From: Dictyostelium discoideum
Taxonomy: Eukaryota
Length of the DNA stretch: 64,000 bases
Assembly: GCA_000004695.1 (NCBI GenBank)
Contig: CM000151.3
Coordinates: forward strand, 6,304,001 to 6,368,000
Direction: 5' to 3'
The translations under genes and the position numbers were made by a program. The notes below the pieces were generated by a model. The model was not told where the DNA came from, ran no database searches, and saw only the letters and a program-made list of their open reading frames with translations. Of this stretch, positions 26,378-41,318 are shown piece by piece (within the stretch, counting starts at the first letter, position 1; each line of letters opens with the position of its first letter).

Positions 26378-26430
26378 TGAATTTGCAAATTTATAGTAGC
26401 TCTAACAGGTGATTACAACTGTGGTAATTA
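26378..26430 (+). pseudogene. Roughly 50-bp relic fragment of the same GTPase-like family, covering the Walker-A region
   Basis: '...tagtagctctaacaggtgattacaactgtggtaa...' is homologous to 'ttagtggcattaacaggtgattacaacagtggtaaaac' (ALTGDYNSGKT) in paralogs 1-3. It sits in the intergenic region with no open frame. A flanking motif 'aaaaagcccaggt' recurs at about 26348 and about 26682. Confidence 0.4.
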
Positions 26431-27144
26431 ATTTAGAAAAAAAAAGAATTATAAATTTCTAATTGTTGATGGTTTGGAAAAACCCAAAAAAAAAAAAAAA
26501 AAAAAAAAAAAAATAAATCTGTTTCTCTTAGTAAAAGTTCCCATTTTTTTTATTTCTCAAATTTATGAAATATTTTTTTTAAACTCATTTCTTAAAAAAC
26601 AAAAATGCTAAATTTTCCATATCTGCCTTATCTATTATATTTTTTGTTTTTTATTACCTTTTAAACTTTTTTTTTTAAAAAGCCCAGGTGGTATTTTATA
26701 AACAAAATTAATTCTGGTGTATCGAAAACTTAACTTAATAAAATATATTTATGCATTTAATTTAAAATCTTTATCTCTTTTTATTTTTTTATTTTTTTAT
26801 TTTTATTTTTGTTTTTTTTTAGTTCCAAAATAAATAAATACAGATAATTGATCACCATATTAAAAACATTTGAATTTTTAATAAATTTTTTGTAAAATTT
26901 TACAATAATTCTTTTTAAAATCCCATCAAAGTAGCTCGGAATTATCTAAATAATTTTTTTTTTTTTTTTTTTTTTTTTTCGTAAAAAAATAAGCATTTAC
27001 AAGATATTTGTTATTGATCCAAAAATTTTTTTAAAAAAAAATAATTTTTAAAGCAATCTTTTGAAAAAAAAAAAAAAAATTTCAAAGCAAACTTTTGAAA
27101 AATAAAAAAAAAAACGAAACCAAACAAGCAGTATAACATTTAAA

Positions 27145-28882
27145 ATGCCTGATTCTCCTCTCACTGAACCTCGACAGCCTCCACAGCCTCCACAGCCTCC
27201 ACATTTTTTAAGCTGGAGAAATTTTTTAAGCTTTAGAAAATTTATAAGCTGGAAAAATGCTTTTTTAATTTTAATTCCAATTTTATTAGCGATAGGAATA
27301 GGAAACTATGAACAAATAATTCAATATTCTTCTGGCCCTATATTTATTGAAAAATTTGATCAATATAATGTTATAATTAATATTAAATCCATTTTGGCAA
27401 TAAAAGAAGGATGGGGAATAACAACCGATGGTAGCCAGTTTGCATCTATGTTTGTAAATCAACAATCTGAATACTCAAAATTATTAGTGGCATTAACAGG
27501 TGATTACAACAGTGGTAAAACTTTTTTGATCAATAACTTGGAAAACAAGAATTTCCCATCTTCATATCAACATGCAACACCTGCATTTGGGTTTATACAA
27601 TCATCAATTTCAGATTATATTTATATGGATACTCAAGGTTTGAAAAGATTAGCATCATCTTCACTTGATTCCGATAGGGGTACCCATAGCATCAAGGATA
27701 TCAAAGCCATTGATAATTTAATCTCTCAGTCTTATAAAGTTGCAAATTTAATTATCGAAGTCAGAGATACAGGTAACAATGAGGATATTTGCAATACTCA
27801 ACAAAGACATGCCGAGTACCTCCAAGATAGCAAAGCCAATGGATATCAAATCCCTGTTATGGTTGTTGTTGTCCATAACTTTAAAAACATGAGAACCGTT
27901 GCTGAAGTTGAAAAATATATTCGTGATGATATTACAAATCCAGAAATCGGTGGTCAAGAAAAAGAAGTTGATTCAAAAACTGGAGATAAAAAATGCAAAT
28001 ACTGGTATGTTGATAGCGTATTACATTATGTTATTGCCCAAGAAGGCTCTGAAGCTGGTAAAGTTTATAACAAATGTACATTTGATCTCATTAGATTAAA
28101 AGTTTTACAAGATCAAGGTGGTATTCCAAAAGTCAACTTTTTAAATAAACTCACTCTGGTTATGGAACAATCTTTAAGAAATTATATTAAAGATCCAAAT
28201 GTATCAAAAGATTCATTTGTAAGAGTAAAGAAGGATGAAACAATCGTTAGTTATGCAAGTTATCTCAAGTCTTTTTTTTCTTCCAAATCAGATCCTGAAA
28301 AACCTGATCAACCTACCCTTATTGAATCACATCCATTCAAAGTTTCAATACAAAATAACAAAATTAAATTGGTTAACTCTACTTTTGATTTACAATTTTC
28401 TTATAAAGATTGTTGTGGATTTAAAAACATTGATTATTCTCCACAAGTATGTATTATTATTATTTTTTATTTTTTTTATTTTTTTATTTTTCAAAAAAGA
28501 TATCAATTACAACATACTAATTAAATTTTATTATTATTTTAATTTTTAGTATGATGTAATCGAAACTTCAGATTCTTTTTCAATAGTAGTTGATGCACCA
28601 AATTCAATTGTCAATTGGTTTTGCTCGCCAAGTGAATCACACACAATTAGTTTTTATATTGAAAGAAAATTCCCAACATATTTAAGTTCTCATCTTAGAA
28701 GAAATATTAATCCAAGAACATATGGTGAAATCAAGAAAGAGTTTCAAATTCCATCTAGACCATGGATTGACTGCCTAAGATTAATTCCAACTGCTAAATA
28801 TATAGACGGTGTAGCATTTGTATCACTAACTAAAGATAGTACTGTTATTGGTGGTTCTCCATTTCCAGAAGATAAAAAATAA
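27145..28882 (+). CDS. Paralog 2 of the GBP/atlastin-like P-loop family (intact). Two exons: 27145..28446 and 28550..28882
   Basis: 'PQPPQPPQPPHF' N-terminus, then a TM helix, 'ALTGDYNSGKTFLINNLENKN', 'YMDTQGLKRLASSSLDSDRG', 'IIEVRDTGNNEDICNTQQRH' and 'VMVVVVHNFKNM'. The intron runs from GTATGT at 28447 to the AG at 28548-28549. The exon 2 frame runs to TAA at 28880-28882. Confidence 0.6.
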
Positions 28883-29534
28883 TATTTTTTAAATTGATTA
28901 AATAAATAATAAAAAAAAAAAATAATAAAAAAAAATAAAATAAAATAAAATAAAAAAAAAAAAAAGTAATTATTAAATTACCCTTTATTGTATATAATAA
29001 AATTAATAAATCTAAAAGGATTGGTTTGATTTTTTTTTTTTTTTTTTTTTACTTTTTTTTTATTTTCATAACAACTCCCCTTATTTTTATTTTTTTATAA
29101 TTAAAAAAAATTTGGTTATTAGTGATAGGTGATCTCTATTTTTGGATTTTAAAAAAATAGTGTTTTTCCTTTATCCATTTTTGGATAAAAAGTATCTTTT
29201 TAGATTATCTTTATCCATCCTCATTTTTTACCCTTTTGAAAATTTTTTTTTTTTTTTTCAAAGATATTTTTTCAATCATAAAAAAAAGTGTTTTAATTTT
29301 ATTAACTAATGTTTTTTTTAAAATCTAATCAAATTTTCCAAATTATATTATTTTTTTATTAAAAGATATTTTTTCAAAAGATATTTGTTTTGATTAAAAA
29401 TTTTAAAAATAAAAAAAAAAAAAATTTTAAAAATTGTTTTTTTTTTTTTAAGACAAAAATAAGATTTTATTTTTTTTTTTTTTTTTTAAAAAGTAAAAAA
29501 ATTTTGAGACTGATTCAACAGTATTATTTTTAAA

Positions 29535-30801
29535 ATGTTACCGCAATCCATGTCTCCTCCCTCTCAACCATCAGGGTTTTATCCCTCTCAACAGCCTGAA
29601 TCTTCTTCCTCTCAAAGTCAACCAAATCCTCGTATTTCAGAATCACAATCTAAGTCTTCTTCCTCTAAAATCCAATCTCATAATTATCTGAGCTGGAAAA
29701 ATTTTTTTTATTTTATTTCAATACTTTTAATTTCAATTTTCACATCAGTATTTTTAGTTGGGAATTTATATCCAGAGTATCAACCATATACTCCATTTCT
29801 TTGGCAGCCTATTTGCATCTATGTTTATAGACCTACAATCTGAATACCCAAAATTGTTAGTGGCATTATCAGGTGATTACAACAGTGGTAAAACTTATTT
29901 GATGAATAAGTTAGAAAACAAGAATTTCCAGTCGTCATATCAATATGCAACACCTGCATTTGGATTTATACAATCATCAATTTCAGATTATATTTATATG
30001 GATACTCAAGGTTTGAAAAGATTAGCATCATCTTCACTTGATTCCGATAGGGGTACCCTTAGCATCAAAGATATCAAAGCCATTGATAATTTAATCTCCC
30101 AAACTTATAAAGTTGCAAATATTATTATTGAAGTAAGAGACACAGGTAACAATGAAGATATTTGCAATACCCAACAAAGACATGCCGAGTACCTTCAAGA
30201 TAGAATAACAAGTGAAAACCAAATCCCTGTTATGGTTGTTGTTGTCCATAACTTTAAAAATTTAAAAACAATATCTGAAGTTGAAAGATACATTCGTGAT
30301 GATATTACTAATCCTGAAATTGGTGGCCAATTAACAGTTAGTTCAAAACCTGAAACCAAAGGTTGCAAATGCATGTTGATAGCATATTACATTATGTTAT
30401 TGCCCAAGAAGGTACTGAAGCTGGTAAACTTTATAACGAATGTACATTTAGCCTCATTAGATTAAAAGTTTTACAAGATCAAGGTGGTATTCCAAAAGTT
30501 AACTTTTTAAATAAAATCATTCAAATCATGGAACAATCATTGGGAAGTTATATTAAAGATCCAAAAGTATCAAAAGATTCATTTGTAAGAGTAAAGAAGG
30601 ATGAAACAATTGCAAGTTATTGGGGTTCTTTTTTTTCCAAAACGGAACCTGAAAAACCTACTCTTGTTGAAACACATGAATTTAAAATTACAATACAAAA
30701 TAACACAATTAAATTGATTAACTCTTCTTTTGATTTAGAATTTTATAAAGATAGTTGTGGATTTAAAAGCATTGATTATTCTCCACAAGTAAGTATTATT
30801 A

Positions 30802-30887
<86 letters not shown>

Positions 30888-31279
30888 TTTTCGATTTTAA
30901 TTTTTTAAAAAAAGATATTAATTACAATACTAATCTAATTTTTATTTTTAGTATGATGTAGTTGACAAACCAGATTTTTTTTCAATTGTATATGATGCAC
31001 CAAATTCATATGTACAATGGCTTTGCTCACAAAATAATTCTCACATAATTGTTTTTCAAAGTGTAAGAAAATTCCCAACATACTTACGTTCTGATCTTAG
31101 AAGAAATATTTATCCAAGAACATATGGTAATAACAAAAAAGAGTTTCAAATTCCATCTAAACCAGGGATTGACTGTGCAAGATTATCTGTGACTGCTAAA
31201 CATATAGACGGTGTAGCATTTGTTTCTCTCGCTAAAGATAATAATGTTATTGGTGGTTCTCCATTTCCAAGAAGATAAA
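29535..31279 (+). pseudogene. Paralog 3 of the GBP/atlastin-like family, disrupted by frameshifts
   Basis: The sequence is about 85% identical to paralog 2, but coding homology is split over three frames (ORFs 29535..29843, 29758..30465, 30363..30908). An ~80-bp deletion plus a point change near 29790-29830 removes the 'NIKSILAIKEGWGITTDG' segment and shifts frame. A 4-nt deletion near 30370 ('tgcaaatgcatgttgatagc' versus 'tgcaaatactggtatgttgatagc') shifts frame again. A 1-nt insertion near 31268 ('ccaagaagataa' versus 'ccagaagataa') truncates exon 2. The intron carries an expanded (ATT)n tract. Confidence 0.55.
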
Positions 31280-31482
31280 AAATAATAATTTTAAAATAAA
31301 AAATAATAAATAAAAATAAATTTGAACAATGTAAATTAAAAAAAAAAAAAAAGTAATTTTTAAATTACACTTTATTATATATAATACAATTAATAAATAA
31401 ATAAATGGTCTGGTTGGGTTTCTTTAATTTTAAAGTTTTGTTTTTGATTTTTTTTTTTTTTTTTTTTTTTTTTTATTTGGAA

Positions 31483-31651
31483 TTACATAATGTTACAACC
31501 ACCACCGTTTGCACAAATTAAAACACCCATATTCACAGTTATGTTATTTTTTGTTTGATTCGAAATTTCATTATTTACATTATTAATTTCAATATTGTTT
31601 TTTATATTATTGGTATTTGAGTTTATTGAAGTAATTGATTCTAAGTTTTTG

Positions 31652-31687
<36 letters not shown>

Positions 31688-31752
31688 AGAAATAATAATT
31701 TTAATTTATAATCAAAAATTTTTATTAAGCACTACTTACTAATAATAGTCAT
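31483..31752 (-). CDS. Candidate very small 2-exon gene (57 aa) ending in a CAAX-like box 'CNIM'. Exons (minus strand): 31752..31740 and 31640..31483
   Basis: An 'aaaATG' start at 31752 is followed 13 nt later by a consensus GTAAGT donor (31739..31734). A 93-bp T-rich intron follows, and the acceptor 'cttag' (AG at 31642-31641) restores a frame that stays open for 52 codons. The product would be 'MTIIKSITSINSNTNNIKNNIEINNVNNEISNQTKNNITVNMGVLICANGGGCNIM*'. The 3' end (ggtggtggttgtaacattatgtaa) is distinctly GC-richer than the surroundings. This is speculative. Confidence 0.25.
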
Positions 31753-32675
31753 TTTATATGTATATTGATATTACAATGTTTTTTTAGTGTTACAAATATT
31801 TAAAATTATTACAATTTGATGTTTAGTATTGTTATTTATAAAATAAAAAAATGATTTCAATTTTTTTTTTTTATAATAAAATTTTTTAAAATAAAAAATA
31901 ATTAAATAATTAAATAAATAATAAAATACATATTTTTTTTTAAAAAATTTATTTAATTAATTAAATATTTAAAAATTAAATAATAATTTTATTTTTTTTT
32001 TAAAATTTATTTGTTTTTTTTTTTATTATTTTTTAAATAAGAAATGGTTAATTCAATTTTATAACTGAACGAAATTGGGTTTAAGAATAAAAAAGGTAAT
32101 AAAAAATTTTGATTGTTGGGTATTTTTCAAAAAGAAGGTTGATTTGTTTTTATATGGTTTATTATTTTTGTGTGCGATTAAACAATTTGGATTGTGTGTG
32201 TGTGAAAGTATAAATAATGCGTGTGGTTGTATCCATTATCATAATAATAATAATATAAAAAAAAAATCATATAAAAAATAAGAAAAAAAAAAAAAAATAA
32301 CTGTCATAGTCATTGATTTTGTGTACGTGGGAGTAAAAATATATACATATTATACTATTTTACACCAATAAAAATACTTTTAATGTTTTTTTATAAATTA
32401 ACTAAAAATGTATTATATAGATAATGTCAAGATGTGTAATAAGATTGATATTATTAAAATCATGTGCTATTTTTCTTTTTTTGTGTGTAGGTTTGTGGTT
32501 GTTGTTATTGTTATTGTGGGTGTGGTTGTGTTTGTCTTTAATTATTGATATAATAATTATTGTAAATTTAAAAAAATAAAATTTGAAAAAAAATAAAATA
32601 TTCAATTATGTGGTAATTGTTTTTATAAATTTTGAAGCTTATTTTTATTAATCACAAGGTTTAGTATTAGTAAAA

Positions 32676-32730
<55 letters not shown>

Positions 32731-32854
32731 ATAATTAAAAAAGTAGAAAAAAAAAAAAAATAATAAAAATAATAATATTAATATTAATAATCAATTTAAA
32801 TTAAGAATATCACTATTTTTAAAAATAACAATTTATTTAAAATAATTAACATTA

Positions 32855-32896
<42 letters not shown>

Positions 32897-33992
32897 GAGA
32901 GGTAAAATAAATGAATAAAATAGTATTATTACTAGTTACAACCAATAAAAAATGAAAAAACATATTTGTAAAAAAATAAATGATTTATTTGAAATGTAAT
33001 TAGTGTGTATTATAAAAATATTTTTAATATTTTCAAATAACTTGATTATTAAAATTAAACATATTATTATAATTGAAAACAAAGAATATGGAATTTTTAC
33101 TACTTATTAATATTATATAATTTCCTTTTTATATCTATATTTTGTGTTTTTAACCTTTTCAGATTTTAAGGAAAATAAAAAAAACAAGGGAAATTCAATT
33201 CAATTCTAATGTTGGAATTTTTTGTAGTTGATTTTATATTAGTGATTGTATATTCACGACGAGTTTCATACAAATAAAAGTACAAGTCAAAATAAAAAAT
33301 TAAAAATAGAATTGGAATTTTTTAAAAAAAGAAAAAAAAAAAAACACACACCCCCAACCTAAAAATAAATTCATTTTTGTGTTTAATTTTAAAAACATAA
33401 GTGAAGTTGGGAAAAAAAAAAAAAAAGAAAAAAAAAAAAAAAAAAAAAATATTTTGGCAATCAAAAATTTAATGGGGAAAAAAAAAAAAAAAAAATGGGC
33501 GTTGATATTTTAATTAATTATAATTTTGGAAATTAAAGAAAAAATTTTAGATTAAAAAAATAAAAAAAAAATAAAAAAAAATAATAAAAAAAAAAATTAC
33601 AATTTTCAATGCATTTTTAAAAATAATATCGCAATTTTGCAAATCTTTTTTTTTTCCAAAAGATTTTTATTTTTTTTTTTATTTTTGTTTTCATTTTCAA
33701 ATTCCACATGATTTAAAGGGCGTAAAATGAGAACATAAATGTTGACATATAAAAAAAAATATAATAGGCAACTATCTCAAAATATATCACACGTTTTATT
33801 TGAAAACTTCACTTCCAAAAAAAAAAAAAAAAACAGGGTGAAAATGCACTTTTAATGTGGTGTTGTTGTTAATAGACTCATTTATTGTGAGTTACACAAA
33901 AATAAGACGCAAAATTAAAAGTCGTGAAGTTGTTAATTGAGGGTTTCGCCATTAATGTCGTTCTAAAAATATCCAGTCTTAAAAATAATTTT

Positions 33993-34036
<44 letters not shown>

Positions 34037-35086
34037 GGATGATTCTGTGATTTTTTAATTTTATTTCATTTTTTAAAAATTTTGTTTTTATTTTTTTTTT
34101 TTTGATCAATTCTAGATGAAATAATATTTAAAAAAAAAACATTTTGGAAAAAAAAAAAAAAAAAAAAAAGATATATAAAAAAAAAAAAAAAAAAAAAAGA
34201 TTAAAAGTTTTTTTGTTTTCAACAATTCTAATTTTTTATTATTTATTTTTTTTTTTTTTTTTCGGATATCCATGTTACCAAGATTATAAATATAAGGGAT
34301 TCTATTTTTAATAAATATATACTCTTCTGTTAAAAAAAAAAAATACAAAAAAAAAAAAAATAAAAAAAAAATAAAAAAAAAATAAAATAAATTAAAAAAA
34401 AGAGGTTTTATTTTTAGTAACTCTAGATATATATTTATTAAAAAAAAAAAAAAAAAAAAAAAACCCAAAAAAAAAAAATTTAAAAATAAATCAATACCCT
34501 CAATTAAATTTCTAAAATAAAAATAGTTTTTTTTTTATTTTAATCACTAATAATCCTTCTTGTTCCACAAACAAAACAAATAAATGTTTTTCTATATATA
34601 TAAATAATATAGTTGTTTAGATATTGTAAAAATTAATTTTTTTATTCACATTTATTTGTAATTTATTTTTATTTTTAGTTTTTATTTGTTTATGTGTATT
34701 TCATTTGTTTTTCTTTTCAAATAATTAAATCTTTCATAACAAAATAAAATAAAAAAAACACCCCTTTTCAAAATTAGCAATCCATTGTTTTTCCTTTTAC
34801 ATTGGTTTGTCAAAAAACACAACACTCTTTTTTTAATTTTTTATCACCCAATTGTACTATTACTCATCAAATAATTCCATTTTTAATAATTTACAAATAA
34901 AATTTATAAAATATAAAAATAATAACATTAAAACAAAAAAAAAATAAACAAAGATTATTTTTTTTTTCCAAAAACTATTATTTCAAAGATTTATTTTTTT
35001 TTTTTTTGTTTTTGTTTTCCAAATAATTAATTCTTTTTTTTTTTTGTTTCCATAAAATTAATAATAGTTTTATATAAAAATTAAAA

Positions 35087-37662
<2,576 letters not shown>

Positions 37663-38029
37663 TTATTTTTAAAAAAAAAAAAAAAAAAAATTGCGACAAC
37701 AATGGTTGTAATAAATTTAGTAATGACATCATTTCTAAAATATTTAGAAAGGATTTCTAAGCATCTAAATTTACAATTAATATAAGTTGATTATAGAAAA
37801 ATCAATTTATATTTAAAAAAAAAAAATAATAAAAAATAAATAATAAAAAAAAAAAAAAAAAAAAAAAATTTATTTGTATGATTTATATTTGTTATAAAAT
37901 ATTATATTATTATTTTTATTATTAGATTTTTTACATTACCTGAATGAATTTTCAAACCACATGTTTGTTATTTTTTTTTTTTTAAAATATTATATGGAAT
38001 CAATTTTAGAAAAAAAAAAAACTTTTATC

Positions 38030-38064
<35 letters not shown>

Positions 38065-38810
38065 TTATTTTTTTTTTTTTTTTTTTTAAATCAAAAAATC
38101 TATTTTTAGAGTTTTTTATTAAAAACTATAAAAAGGATTCTTGTTTTAATACTAAAAATAGAGATCATTTGGATGAAAACCAGATTTTTTTTTTTTTAAA
38201 AATAAAAATTGCTCAATTTTATTTGTACCACTGCATTGATGAAAACTGTGTGAAAATTATAATTTTTCTAAACACTTATTTATTTTTTATTTTATTTTTT
38301 TTTATTTTTATTTTTATTTTTATTTTTTTTTTTTTTTCAATTAAAATTTTTTTATTGAAAAAAACCCACAGAGGGGTGGGTGGAAACAATAAAAAAAATA
38401 AAAATAAAAAAAGTGAACAACAATAACCCAATCAATTTGTAAAATAATAAATAATTTATTAATTATAATAAATTTGTATTATCATATACAACATATGTGT
38501 TAAGATGTAGAGCGAATTTAATTTTTTTTTTATATTTTATTATTATTTTCATAATAAAAACAATTTAATTTTTATTATTATTTATTTTTATTATTATTAT
38601 TTAATTTATTTTTATTTTAATTTTTATTTTTTATTTTTATTTTTATTTTTATTTTTATTTTTATTTTTTATTTTTTTTTTATTAATTTTTTTTTTATTTA
38701 TTCAATAAATTTAAATTTGATATGATAATTAGTTAATCGTAATATTATAATATTTACATATAAAAGAAAAAAAGAAAAAAATTAATTAAAATAATTGAAA
38801 AATAAAAAAA

Positions 38811-41121
38811 ATGTCATTTAACATACCCACAATTCATACAAATAACTCCAAAAACGATAATAATGATGAAAATAATAATAATAATCAACACACAGAAAAT
38901 CCATACATTTCAATAAATAATAAAATCACCCCAGAAAATAGTATCTCATCAAATCTTAATCAAATCGAGAAAGCTGTTAAAGTTGCCAATTCTCAAAACC
39001 TTGATTTAGCATTGATTGGTAATTGCTCATTTGGTGCTCTTATTGATAAGAAATCATGCATCAAATGGTGTTGCATTCCAAGATTTGATGCAGATCCAAT
39101 ATTTTGCTCATTAGTTAGAAAATCAAATGATTCAGGTAAATTTACAAATATTCTAAAAAAAAAAAAAATAAAAAAAAAAAAAAAAAATAATAATCCATTC
39201 TAACTCTATTATTTTTTTTTTATTTTTATTTATTATTACAGGTTTTTATGATGTTGTGGTTGAAAACTTTGCATTCAGTGAGCAGGTATATATAAAAAAC
39301 ACAGCGGTTTTATCAACAAAACTGTACAACACTAATGGAGGTGGTGTTGAAGTAATTGATTTTGCACCAAGATTCAATATGTTCTCTCGTCCATACAGAC
39401 CATCAATGATTATTAGAGTCATTAAGCCATTGGGCCATTGTAGAATTAAGATTAGACTAAGACCAACATTCGGGTAAATTTTTAAAAAATAACTTAATTT
39501 TCTATAATTTTTTTTTTTATAAATTATATTTCCTTTTCAAAAATATATTAACTTTTTTTTTTTCTTTTTTTTTTATATTTTTATTTAATAGTTATGGATG
39601 GGGTGCACCAGAAAAAACCAGAGGTACAAACCATATAAGATATATATTACCATCAATGGTAATGAGACTTACAACCAATGCTCCAATTTCATATATTGTT
39701 GATGAAGTTTTATTTGAAGCTGATGAAACATTATACTTTGTATTTATGGCTGATGAAAGTTTAAGAGAATCCCTTCATGATGTTACCAATACTTATTTGG
39801 ATAAAACAATTGAATATTGGCAAGAATATACTAAATCATTAGCTGTATGTAATATAATAATTTATTTTTAAAGTTTTAACAATTTTATTATTAATTTTTT
39901 TTTTTTTTTATTTTTTAAAAAAAATAGATTCCACTTGAATGGCAATCACAAGTTTTAAGAGCATGTATTACTGTAAAACTTTGCCAATTTGAAGAATCTG
40001 GTGCCATTATTGCATCATTAACAACATCAATCCCAGAAGAACCAACTAAAGAAGGTTATGATCTTAGATTTTGTTGGATTAGAGATACTTCTTATATTGT
40101 ACATACATTCAACAAACTTGGTAATACAAAGATGATGGAAGATTTCCTTACTTACATTTCAAACATTGTCTCAGGTTCATTGGAAAGAGGTGGATTCCTT
40201 CAACCAGTTTATGGTATTTCATTAGAAACAAAACTCTATGAAAAGTCAATGTATAGACTTGCAGGTTACAGAGGTCTTGGTCCTGTTAAAATTGGTACAA
40301 GAGATTATAAAACAATTCAAAATGATGTTTATGGTCAATTAATTTTAGCATCTATTCAAATGTTTTTTGATCAAAGATTAAATAAACCAGGTGATATTCA
40401 GTAGGTAATTTAATTATTTTAAAATAATAATATTGGTTACTAAATTTTTTTTTTTAAAATAAAAGTTTATTCCATAAATTAGAAGGTTTAGGTATGCAAG
40501 CATATACAAATTATAATAAACCAGATTGTGGTCCATTAGGTAAAGGTTCAATTGAAGATGGTAAAATTTATACATTTTCATCATTTATGTGTTGGACAGG
40601 TTGTGATAGATTAGCAAAGATTGCAAAGAGTTTAAAGATTCCATTACGTGCACATTTCTGGCAAGAATCTGCAAATAAAATCAAGGAAGAAATGATGGAA
40701 CGTTGCTTCAACAAGGAAAAGAATTCATTTGTATCAACTTGGGATGGAGATGATGTTGATCCTTACCTTTTATTGATTGCAGAATCTGGATTCACTAAAA
40801 TTGATGATCCAAAATTCATTGGAACCGTTGAATATTTAGAGAAAAAACTTAGAAGAGGCAAATACATTATTCAATCACCAGACAGTGTTAGTGCATCAAC
40901 TACATTCACTCTCTACTATATTTCTTGTATTGCTAAAATGGGTAGAAAAGAAGAAGCAAGAGAACTTTTTGAAAATATCCTTAATGATTGCACTCCATTG
41001 GGTTTAATTAGTCAAGATGTTAACCTTGAAACCAAAGAAATTTGGGGTAACTTTCCAAAAACAACTTCAATGGTTGGTATAATTAATGCTGCTATTTGTT
41101 TAAGTAAACCATGGGAATCTG

Positions 41122-41129
<8 letters not shown>
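38811..41129 (+). CDS. Glucoamylase-like six-hairpin glycoside hydrolase (GH15-type). Five exons: 38811..39135, 39242..39473, 39592..39844, 39928..40400, 40466..41129; about 648 aa
   Basis: Exon 4 carries the GH15-like 'YDLRFCWIRDTSY' and 'NDVYGQLILASIQ' motifs, and exon 5 has 'EIWGNFPKTT'. The introns are 39136..39241 (GTAAAT), 39474..39591 (GTAAAT), 39845..39927 (GTATGT) and 40401..40465 (GTAGGT), all ending in AG and all phase-consistent. The in-frame stops at 39475 and 40402 are bypassed by splicing. Confidence 0.65.
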
Positions 41130-41164
<35 letters not shown>

Positions 41165-41318
41165 AACAAATTCCATTATTTTTCATTTTCCAATTTTTCA
41201 TTATCTTTAGATATATAATTAAAATATTTTTTTTTTAGTATTAATCAAATAAATAAACAAAACAAAATTTAAAATTTAATACTATTTAATTTTTTTTTAT
41301 TATTATATATGTTGTATT

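Noticed and set aside
32075-32605. Short ORFs 32075..32281 (+) and 32402..32605 (-) in the gene desert
   Set aside because: They have no splice signals or motifs. Their composition is driven by GT-rich and poly-N/H repeats. They are more plausibly regulatory GT-rich DNA than coding sequence.
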